Below are positions 39,480-49,594 of a stretch of 64,000 bases of DNA, piece after piece. Source of the DNA: Takakia lepidozioides (Eukaryota > Plantae > Bryophyta); contig CM060732.1 in NCBI GenBank assembly GCA_030704615.1, forward strand, positions 38,874,001 through 38,938,000, written 5' to 3'. Within the stretch, counting starts at the first letter, position 1. Each line of letters begins with the position of its first letter. The translations under genes and the position numbers were made by a program. A model generated the notes under the pieces. The model had not been told where the DNA came from and did not search any database. It saw only the letters and a list, made by a program, of their open reading frames with translations.

Positions 39480-39910
39480 CGGGTATTTGCTCTCCGGAGC
39501 CCAATTTCGGCGCCGTTATTGGATGGACTGCGGAAGCTTCAGCCGAGAATTTTATTTCCGGACCCCAATTTCGGCGCTGTTATTGGTTGCCTCCCCAGCC
39601 TTCAGCCGGGTATTTGGTTTCCGGACCCCAATTTCGGCGCCGTTATTGGCTGCACTCCGGAGGCTTCAGCCGGGTATTTGGTTGGCGGAGCCCAATTTCG
39701 GCACCGTTATTGGCTTCACTCCCGAGCCTTCAGCGGGCTATTTCTTTTCCTCTGCCCAATTACGGCGCCGTTATACCCAACCATCCTGCACTTCTGCAAC
39801 AGTACTATCCACGGTTATAGGTCGCCATTGCGTTTTTGGAGTCTGCAAACCCGGATCCTAATTCCGCTTGCGTCCCTTCTTCTGGGGTAATTTCGGTGCC
39901 GTTATTGCCC
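39480..39910. repeat. 63-64 bp tandem repeat (about 6-7 units) carrying ATTTCGGCGCCGTTATT, upstream of cargo gene D
   Basis: Unit approx. gggtatttggtttccggaccccaatttcggcgccgttattggctgcactccggaggcttcagcc; motif near 39504, 39568, 39631, 39695, 39759, 39890. Confidence 0.9.
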
Positions 39911-40107
39911 AGAATTCAGTTTTTCTATGACCTGGCCTGGCGGTCCATGAGCTTGGGCTCCAAGTCATGAGCGGACACTGGTACTTATGAGCGGAGTGCT
40001 TCCAGCATGAGCGCGGAAATCTTCGAAAACCTTCTCTTCTTATACTACTTTCGATTATTTTATCATTTTGGGCCCGAAAAAAATCTGTCGAAATTCGAAG
40101 TGTGTTA

Positions 40108-40163
40108 CTTGGCGGCTCATGGGTGAGCCATGCCCGCTCATGAGCTCATGGAATAACAACCCC
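40108..40163. repeat. Right TIR
   Basis: ggcggctcatgggtgagccatgcccgctcatgagctcatggaataacaacccc, inverted relative to the left end. Confidence 0.85.
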
Positions 40164-40172
40164 CCCACCCCA

Positions 40173-41358
40173 TAGTTGTACCCAATGATGACCCTATCCA
40201 CATCGCCCACACCCACCTTTTCTGGTTTATACACCCCATACCAGACCCCCTTGCACCCAGACCTATCCGTAACCTCCTGACCACTCTTACCCGAGAAGCA
40301 AATAAACAAGCTGCAGCCTCCATCAGCCACACCAAAGTACACATCCAAAAATGGACTCAATCAAGTGTATTGCACCATAAACTCTCAAATCATTTCTGGC
40401 TAACCAAAACTACTACTGACGCACAAATCCGACAAACACTCAAATTTAGATACGCCCAATACATGGGTCACCAGCGCAAGCACATCTTCTGGCCGCATAT
40501 GTTCCCATCCCCATACTGTCCATAGTGCTCAACCACTCACCAAGCTTGTGACACTTGGCCACATCTCCTCATCCAATGTACGCACCCGATCATACACGGC
40601 CTTCATATCACGCGACACAACCAGGCAGTCTGGCATCTCCATAAGCTCTTTCTAAACCGTGCTGAAACCAGATGGTTCTCGCTTATAAACGCTGGCACCT
40701 ACCAAGGTCGGCCATCCGACCACACCGTGCCACCCTGGCTGCTACCATGCATATGTACCCGATCACCATGCTCATGCCCTGCCAGGCTTTGCCCGGACAT
40801 ACTCCTTGTACAAGGCCTACCCATTAACACCCTACCCCCCACCTCACCATCCCCACAATTCACCATCCATTTCATTGAATTCACATTTTGTCACGATCGC
40901 TACCCCAATGATTCGATTTTAGAAAAATGTCAAAAATATGCCCCGTTATCCTTGCAATCCGACGGTATGGCTGGAAAACTGGCCCATTAACCATCATCAC
41001 CGCCGGTACTCGAGGCGGCATTCATAACGCCAGTATCAATGACATACATGATAGCTTCAATATTCCCACTCTTCCCATCCACAAATGTTTCAAAGCAATT
41101 CACCTCACGGCACTCCGTTCACTCACAGCTATTATCACCAACAAACGCCAATTGGAATCCGGCACTTCAAATGCACCATAGGTCCCCCAGGGTATCCCCT
41201 AGGTACCTAGGGCTACACAGACTCCCCTACTTTCTACTGTCAATTGGTGTCCCATAGGACACCTTTCCTTTAATAGGGCCCACCCCTGAAAGGGGGCAGT
41301 AGCCACAAGGCGAAGTGGCTCTTAGTTACGCCGGCTTTCGGCCGGAGTCTTCTCTCTC
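40173..41358 (+). mobile_element. 3' portion of the Dualen-like LINE: CCHC knuckle, restriction-like endonuclease, structured 3' UTR, short (CT)n tail
   Basis: LKFRYAQYMG, CP*C....DTWPHLLIQC, RHNQAV, LCPDILLV...IHFIEFTFCHD...EK..KY; same C/A strand bias as the 5' portion. Confidence 0.88.
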
Positions 41359-41359
41359 T

Positions 41360-41797
41360 TTACAGCCCCAGCAAAAAGCCAACAGCCTTTCGCAAGCACT
41401 GCTCTGGTCCATGTATGTTGCCTGGTAGTGGAGTGATTTGTCCATTCAGGTGCACCTTTGCAGCAGTCAAAGAGGGGGAGAAATGTATATAACAGAGATT
41501 GATGTTGGAGATACATGGCTGCATCCGGCCTATGTGCTCTGGCATCTGGTCCACATTGTAATTGGGGCAGGTTGGTCAAGCCCGTGCGGAGACAGAGAAC
41601 TGGAAGTGGAGATGCAAGCTACTCAGCAAGGGGGTTGGGGGTGGAAGCATTTCGAACTACTAGACATGTTGCACAGGACCAGCCAAAATCCAGCAAGCCT
41701 CCTCAAGCACTCATGTGGTCCATCTGTGTTGTCTGCCAGTGGCGTGAATCGGTGTCCCTTGCTGCTCACTGTCCTTGTGCCCAGCCACGTGCCATGG
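41360..41797 (+). repeat. Inverted partial duplicate of the BTB pseudogene segment ~9806-10243
   Basis: ORFs 41322-41579 and 41360-41554 (-) closely match 10019-10357 and 10050-10316 (+). Confidence 0.92.
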
Positions 41798-42046
41798 GCC
41801 CTTTAATGTAGTACCAACAAGGGGAGGGAGAGGAGATGAGAAGCAATGTGAGATGGAGAGACGCCACAAATAGCATGCACCCCATGTCGTGTACTTTGCT
41901 GGTCCAAAATTGATGCTTGAGTGAGTGCGAGTCATTTGGGGGTGCTCATTCACTGCCACTCCGGCCTATAAATCCCATGGGGTACAACACCGCCCCACCA
42001 ACAAGCACATCATATGACATCGCGTCTGTAACAATGGCTTTGGCTC

Positions 42047-42592
42047 TCATGACTGAGCGACATCGTTCTGTACCAATGATGACTCCGTCGCTGGCTGCAA
42101 TCGAATGAAGAACTCATGGCGTGTGATCCCTCGCGCCTTCTCTGAACCACCCAAAGATGTTTGAATTTGGAAAGGGCAAGGCTCCAAATCCGCCTCTGTG
42201 AGGCCCAAGCCTACAACTGCTGTTCTCCCCAACATCAATGGTTGTGCTCCCGAATCCAACAAGACTCGCAGTGGCCTATACCTCCTTCCGGTTGGGCCAC
42301 TCAACTGAAACACTCTATCCTGATTGTCCACCAGAACTACTCCAGGAATCACCATGCTGCGCTCAATGGGTGGCCTAGCTGCAGGCAATTCCTGCAACCT
42401 TGCAGCTTCTGCTTGCCATGGCGCAGCTATGGGTAACTTCACCCTCGAATCCAAGGCATCCATAGACTGTACCTTATCTGCTATCCCCGCAGATAGTGCC
42501 GATGCATCGCCACTCCCACAGAGTCTAGCTGCTAGACTGAATACAGCAGTTGGCCGAATCCCCGACATTGCAATTGTCATGGTTTTAGTCAT
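42047..42592 (-). mobile_element. Retroelement aspartic protease fragment
   Basis: RVLLDSGAQPLMLG...CPFQIQTSLGG. Confidence 0.75.
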
Positions 42593-43569
42593 GGTTAACT
42601 AGAATTACCTACTTCTAGTTAATTAGGACATTTTAGATATTTATATTTATATTTTGTGTATTGAAACTTCATTTGGTCTCATATGTCAAGTGAGGTGTCA
42701 AGCCTCACTTGGAACATGGGGATGGGTTTTCCCCTTGTGAGGGTTGAGGAGGGCTCATCTTCTTGTAGTCGAGCCTCCATGAGCTTCTCTCACCTCCATA
42801 GCTCTAGGAATTGATAAGGAGTGTGTTAAGGGCTTTGTAGGGTGGATTCCCTTAGCAAGGGTGCCTTTGGCTTGACTTAGTTTATGTCATAGAGTGGATT
42901 TCATTTGGAAGGACTAGGGCTTGTTCTTAGTGTGATTGCTCATGCTTTGAGAGCTTTCATTGTCTTCCACTTTCCCCATTTCTCATCTCTTATCACTACA
43001 AGAAGATCTCCTTATGCTTGTGAGTGCGGAGTGTAAGGATTAGTTTTGCACTTGTATGTTAAAGAGATTGAGAGCTAGGAGAATTTAGCTCTTGTATGAC
43101 AAGGCTTGCAAGGGATTGCAAGGAAAGGTGCTCGGGTGTTGCATGCACCAAGGAGTTTGAGAGCTTGAGAAGGAAGGTCATGAATCACAAGATTTTGCAA
43201 GGATTGCAAGGAGGAAGTCTTGTGTGTGTGGAAGCAATAGGGTTTGAGAATCTTTTGTATGCATTATGGAGTCAATGGTGTGTGCCATGGCTTGTGGAGA
43301 GCAACTAAAGGATTGTTAGTGCTCATTTCACTATCAATCTAGGGTTAAGCAAGTTTAAAGTGTGGATGTTGTGGAAGCAAAGCCAATGAGCTATATAGGC
43401 TTGGGCTTGAAGACAACAAGGGCAAACACTTGGAGAGCACTAAGCAGCTCAAGAGGTTTTGAAAGAGAGCATGTGAAGAAATCTTCCAATCATGGTGGTG
43501 TGGAGTCAAGCTTAGGGCGCCATTGGAAGGGTTTCGTGAACATATGGTGGGAAATCCTTGAAGGGAGAA

Positions 43570-43993
43570 GCAGACATTACCTTGCTGGAGGTGGATGATT
43601 TGGGCCGGCATGATGCAATTGACTTGGTGGTAGCTGGATGGCATTGCCAAGGACATTCTCTCGTAGGTCATGGGAATGGCTTGCATGATGCAAGGTCGCA
43701 TTTGTTTTGGGAGATGTTACGAGTGTTGCGTGACTTGCAGGTGAGGCAAGTGCAACCTCCAGCTTACATCCTCTCTGGGGGATTCTCGGGCCCGGATTAT
43801 GGCTAGTATGCATCAGGTGCGGTCTTGGATTGGACCAGCTGTGTTATTGGATGTTGTTGCAGTGGGTTCACAGGCACATATGCCTAGGTTGTGGTGGACC
43901 AATCTTGCACCACCAGAGTTGCTCAAGAGAGCCTATGATTCCATTCAACGCCCACCCAACCTCATGGTTGAAGGCATTTTGGACCAAGGACAC
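43570..43993 (+). pseudogene. C5-cytosine DNA methyltransferase fragment embedded in retroelement-like debris
   Basis: IDLVVAGWHCQGHS (motif IV, PC->HC), GLHDARSHLF (V), motif VI ENV lost at a frameshift, GSQAHMPRLWWTNL (VIII); intronless. Confidence 0.8.
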
Positions 43994-45559
43994 CCATGGC
44001 AAATATGGGATGAGATGCGGAAAGAGAGAGTCATTGGATCTATCAAAGAGTAATATGATGAGTGGGGGGAACCATACACTTAGGATCAGTTGGAGGCCAA
44101 GGTGACCAAGGTTTTTGAAGAGGTTGAGGATTGTGGCATAGCTTTCTAGGATTGTATACTTAGAATGTGTAATGGACAACGATGTATGTTGTGACACGAT
44201 TCTTAGGTGCACGTCATTTTCAATAATATGTGTGAAAGAGGAACATCGGTGATGATGATGATTTGCAACTTGATGGAGAGGAAGACCCTCGTGATCCATA
44301 TTGATGATCATTTCCCATCTTCGACTACTTCACGTTGTGTATTGTACAATATGACAATTCAAATAATTGTATGTTAACCCTCTGATTTCCCAAGCCTTTT
44401 TTGGAGTTTTTAACGATTTGGGGTACCCAGCTGCAGTGAATTGCCCGCAGAAACCTACCAAGAATCATCCATAGATTCCAGCCATATAGAAGTGGGCCCA
44501 GCTCATTTATGTAGAACATATCAAAAAATGAGCCAATTCCACCGTGGGAATTGTGAGATAATAACATCGGCCCAAACCTCAAATTTCAGGTCTCAAAAGA
44601 GAAGTGAGAAAAAAAATTGGTTTGACCAAATCAATACCTGGCTTTCTCCAATTTTGCTTGCCCCAGGACCCACCATTTTCAAATCCACACTGGAATGCCT
44701 ACAACCCCTCTAAATGACTGTGCGCCATGTTAGTTTTGTGTGGGCGCTTGCTTTGTATGTAATTACATAGGGGTTAGAATCTAAAAACTGATAAGCAACA
44801 ATGTGCCTCCAAATGAAGTACTTTTTTTCCTACAAAATTTCTAAAACCCAACGGTGCATGGGTGTATGTAATGCTCACACACCAAAAGGTGAAGTGGTTT
44901 TTACATTTTATTTTTATTTTATATTAACTTTATTGATTTTATAATTTGGATTTTATTTTTTTCCTTGGGCCTGTTTACTCGCCACATCAGCAGTCAACAA
45001 GCCCTTTACAAGGCCAAAATCTGACATAGTTACCTTAGATATTTTCTGTAGGTGGTAGCTTTTGTTATTTCTTAATTTTTCTTTTTACATCATATTCTAG
45101 ACAAGTTCTTTGTCATAAAAGCTTCAGGAGTGGGCCCCATCAGAGGAGATCCGCTGAAATTAAGAGGAAGTAAAATTTCAGAGCGACCTCATTCGGGTCG
45201 CTTGATATCCGACCAAATGGAAGTTCCAAGAAAGTCTTCCTATATTACCATTGGAAGTCAAATTTTCACCACACTCTAATAAAACTCATTCATTCCGAGT
45301 AACAAAGCCATAATGCACATAGAAGTCAAATATTTCTTGTCTCAAGGCAAGTGTACAATACATACATATCTTCTAAAGCCTACAATCTACCTAGAAATGT
45401 CTTGGCATCTCCATCTCCTCTGTGACCCCTTGGCCATTGCGGATCACATACTCCATCTTCCTATGCACGATGCTATGGGGTTGCCACATCTTCACCTGCG
45501 ACCCTTACCCGTTGCTATTTATGACTTAGTACTTTTAGAGATTATCACAAATTGAGCTT

Positions 45560-45900
45560 GGAACGGCACGCCGTCGCCATAAACATCTCTCCAAAATTTG
45601 TATAACTTTAGGGACGGATAGACGTCGCAAAGATAGATAGCATCAATATATTTTGTGGAAATTAAAAAATTGGAGTGTCATTTTGAGACGGACACCCATC
45701 GCAAGATGACCACTGCAAAATCAAAAGTGAACCTGCGATGACGTGCGACTTGGAGCCGTCGTAAAGGGGGTTTGTGATGTTGGGGTCAAAGTTGCTACGG
45801 ATGGCCATCACAGGTTACCCCCCTTGGTTCCGTTTCAGAATTTGGCCCGTGGGGGGCACCAAACATCGCAAACCCCCCAAACCCTATAATGGAGGCGATT
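45560..45900. repeat. Cluster of (C)CRTCGCAA-like short motifs resembling CACTA subterminal repeats
   Basis: ccgtcgcc, acgtcgcaaa, ccatcgcaag, ccgtcgtaaa, acatcgcaaa; no CACTA terminus seen. Confidence 0.4.
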
Positions 45901-45950
45901 TTTTTTTACATGACTGCTTTGATTCAACGTCGATTATTTGAGTATGTATT

Positions 45951-46755
45951 AGGTTGGTATCCTGTGAGCACAGCGCGTGCATGCTCACGTGAGCACAACC
46001 CACGGTCATGAGAAATTATGTTTTTAAACCTCGGTCATAGGAGTTGTATTTTTTCAAACGGAAATAAAACCATAAGCGGGAATAGAGGACCGGTGCATTT
46101 GTACAATACATTTGAGCCAATTCAACGAGGCGAAACCTTCAGTAGTGTAGCCAAAAATCCTAAACTTGTAGTGGCAGCAGTGAATTTCGCATTGAGAAAT
46201 ACTTGGTGGTATGGGCACAAACTAAGCAGCGGTGAATTTCACACTGAGAAATACTTGGTGATATGTGCACAAACTAGGCAGCGGTGAATTTCGCACTGAG
46301 AAATACTTCGTGATATGGGCACAAACTAAGCAAGCGGTGGGTTTTGCATTGAGAAATCCCATCACCAAAAAATCCTATATCCAAAAGGAATGGGGGGGCC
46401 TTGAAAAGTGATCTATTCATCCTTTTAGCCACAATGTGATTGCTTCTCACGCGGAATTTCGCAGTGCAAAATTATCCATGTGAGAACATTTTTTTTTTTT
46501 TTTTTTCCCTAAGCAAGGGAAAGGACCTTAAAGTTGAGGTGAAGCCTCACCGCCCACTCTCCCGTCTCTTATGGAGAAAAAGCCACGCCTATAGGATAAC
46601 ATGTTCATCAGGTATAGGGGCTACTTGTTCTTTATGTGTTAATTTCGCATAATTGTTAATTTCATCAATTTCATTTCGCTGTGGAAATTTCTCGGGAATT
46701 TGGGGAATATGCCCTTGTGCTCAAGTGAGCATGCTCATTCCCTATCCAACAAACC
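45951..46755. mobile_element. Small non-autonomous element with termini related to the large MULE
   Basis: Left end AGGTTGGTATCCTGTGAGCACA..GTGCATGCTCAC resembles the MULE TIR GGTTGTTATTCCATGAGCTCA..GGGCATGGCTCAC; GCATGCTCAC(G/T)TGAGCACAA occurs inverted at both ends; TSD not found. Confidence 0.6.
46177..46357. repeat. 52-bp tandem repeat (3.5 units) containing quasi-palindrome ATTTCGCAYTGAGAAAT
   Basis: gcggtgaatttcgcactgagaaatacttggtgatatgggcacaaactaagca repeated. Confidence 0.92.
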
Positions 46756-48074
46756 ACGTTTGAATGTTTTTGCATGTCTTCGTTGAGATAAACAGAATAC
46801 AAGTAGGGGTACTTATATCTTGAAAGCCTTAACTGCTCTACCTACCTAAACTAATGAGGATCAGATAAGAGCAGCTTTACAAGGTAGAGAGATGCGGAGA
46901 GCCTTCTGTCGATTACCAGCCATTTGCATAAAACCATGAATACAGGAGATAGGTTTGATTACGCTAAGCTGACATCTGGCACTTTTGGGCATGTGAAGGT
47001 GCTAGGTGATGCAAACCAATTCAAATGTGGCCCCTCTAGCTGAAAATTTCATAACTAACTCAAATAAATCCAAGATTGAGTTGAGTTTTGACTCTGAATG
47101 CACATGACAATTTTCAATAATGTTAATTTCTTATATGTGGTACCCTAACCCCTTATTTCTACGGAAATAGGCCTCCCCACCCTAGGTAGATTTGTCATGA
47201 ACTGCTCTGCAAACCAACCACTAAAAAAACAAAAATGTGGCTAGGTGATGCCGTTTTGGAATATTGATTCAAACCGCCCATGGAGTTAATAAAATTTTCA
47301 TTTGCCCAGTTGGAGCACTTTTATTTGTATTTTCTTTCTTTCAGATTACGTTAATCATTTCACAACCTATTCATAACTACAACTTGGCAAGGGCTTGAAG
47401 CTTGAAATTGCATGTATTCCATGCATTTGTTATCTTCACCTATCCTGGGTCGGTGGCATGTGTGGAATAATCTATACAATATAGGGATATTTATTTTGTA
47501 ATTGTTGGGACTGGAGTTTAGATCGGAATTAGGTTCGACATCATGTACTTCTATAACAAAGTAATTCCCATAATTCACAGCAACCTTGATAATTCCGGGA
47601 ATTCACATAAGTATTACATTGTGTTACTAAGCGACACATACTAGATTTCCTCCGACTTTGGTTCCAAAGCATTGCCTTCCTGGATCAGCCTCTATGGCAC
47701 CCACAACTGAGGAAATTTTTTCCTCTATGTCATTGGGCCTTTGTCCCTCTGTTATAGAATTCAGGGCTTTCATCCAAAAAAAGAAAAGAAAAAAGATTTG
47801 CAAACCTAGATCTGAACTCTATTGCCCAAGGTTGAGGGGGTTTGTGGGTGGAAGAATGGGGAGGGCTTTTTCATTCCCCTTGTTGTGTCCTAAAAGTTAT
47901 AAGCTTGCATCCTCTTCACCCACCACCTTCTAATTTACTCAAAATCTTATGAATCAGCTTCATTGTGGCCCCAAGAAGCTGGAGCAGGGGAAACACGAAA
48001 ATTTCTGAATGGCAAGACCCCATGTGTAATCCTAGACTGCAATTCAATTGCACTGAAGATCGAAGTTCTGTGTT

Positions 48075-49594
48075 TCAGTTATGGATCTCTATGCTGTACT
48101 CTTTGTACATGCAACAAAAGTCTCGGTGCTTGTACACGCTCTTAGAGCTCTTTTCTGTCACTTTGTAAGAGCAACCCACTCCCTCTCTAGAATCCCGGAA
48201 GCTGTGCATATGGGTGTGCCTCTTCTTCTTCTTCTCCACCACCTTGTCTTTCCCCTTGCCCTCATCAATAAGCTCTCTCTCTTTTCTCTCGTTTTCTTCC
48301 ATCGTTCTGCGTTTGAGCATGACATGTGTTGCCTCATGGATGGTGAGCTTCGTCTCCACAGCAGGGACCGGTTTGGGTACTCCCGTCGCAAGTTTTCTCA
48401 TGGATCCTCCGAGTTTCGTGAGCATCGTCTGCACAAGTGCTCCAACTTGGGATCGACGTCTCTTGAAGGAATTAGATGCGCCCCATGCAAGTCGCAATCG
48501 ACGATGGTCGTTGACAGTCATCTTCTCTGACCACCGGCAGATGTGTAAAGTTTGTGATTTGTGAGAAAGGGCACAGCGAGAGAGGGGAAGTTAATGGCAA
48601 GATGGGCACCCACACACTAGGCCACCTGGAAGGAAAAGCCTCAAGAAACACTCCGTTGCCTCTTAGGCGCTTCTTTTATGCCCACTGCGCTGAGCCTGTC
48701 CTAGCTCCTATCTCTTGGTCGAGCTCTTGGTCTGTATCCTTGAGCTGATACCGTTTGTATAAAACTGGGATCGCGGCCCAGAGCTTTTTTGAAACAAAAC
48801 AGCAAACAGATGCACTCTCACCTTTAACGTTGGTTAAGGTTGATTAGAGATTCGACAGATAAACAGATTTCCAAGCACCTTGAGTCCTATCTTCCCCTTG
48901 CAGCAGTATCGGTAGTAGAGAGTACAACAATTCAGTTTAGTCTCATGAAAGCTGGATACTTGTAGGTACTACTGATCCCTTCCTGCTTCTGGATCTGGGC
49001 CTTCGTTCTTTTACTTCAAAAAAGTGTTTCCTAATACAGAAAGTAAAAGCTTTTTCAAGATCATTCGATAATAGAAAAGTCGATCAAATTTGTCACATCA
49101 CCAGAATCATGAAAAGAATAATTGTGGGGATGAGGCATTTCGGAGTCTCTGCTACAATTGAGTGGTAGAGTTTAATGTAAGTAAGTACACTTGAGTTCAT
49201 CTAGGACAGTTTCGAATCTTCTCCACCGAAACTTTTCTTTTCTAGAGAGTATGTACGGAGCAGGAGTTCCAATTCATAGTTATGTGACGCGCTTACCGTC
49301 ATTCAATTTCGACTTGCTAAGGGATGACGACCCAGGGAAGAGTTCGAGGACTGGTCAAGTAGATTGAGACCCAGGAAGCTCCAGGAAGCTGATCAGGGTG
49401 GCAATAACCTCGCTCACGATGGGCCGGGTAGTACTGATAGCTCCGCTCTAGACAAGAGGGTAGACGTTGGAGCTGATTCAACCAAATTCAGACCTGACAG
49501 TCATGGGAACCAGCAAGAGAAGCAGTCCGAGAAGGAAAATGACCAGTCACAAGCACCTGAGTCCTGAGCTAAACAATCCCCAGCTACAGTTACA
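48075..49594 (-). mobile_element. Probable truncated LTR retrotransposon: LTR ~48756-49594, PBS-like site, gag-like ORF remnant 48075-48521
   Basis: gagctgataccg (imperfect reverse complement of a tRNA-iMet PBS) next to TG; segment bounded by TGTA...TACA. Confidence 0.45.

Larger units (their letters stand above)
25162..40163. mobile_element. 15.0 kb Mutator-like (MULE) DNA transposon with transposase and 3 cargo genes, inserted in the LINE
   Basis: 9-bp TSD CCCACCCCA at 25153-25161 and 40164-40172; imperfect TIRs GAGGTTTACTATTTCATGAGC vs revcomp GGGGTTGTTATTCCATGAGC; CATGAG subrepeats at both ends; MULE-type transposase; excision restores the LINE frame (ASHP-IVVPN). Confidence 0.93.

Noticed and set aside
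25169-40157. CACTA-type element with 2-bp TSD (AC)
   Set aside because: A 9-bp TSD with G-starting termini and a MULE-type DDE/SWIM transposase fit better and restore the LINE reading frame.
41275-41325. HDV-like ribozyme (GGCGAA resembles the J4/2 strand)
   Set aside because: I could not build the nested double pseudoknot, and such ribozymes normally sit at the 5' end of LINEs.
17030-41365. Target-site duplication for the LINE
   Set aside because: None found; the flanks are unrelated (PPR fragment vs BTB copy), so the 5' boundary remains approximate.
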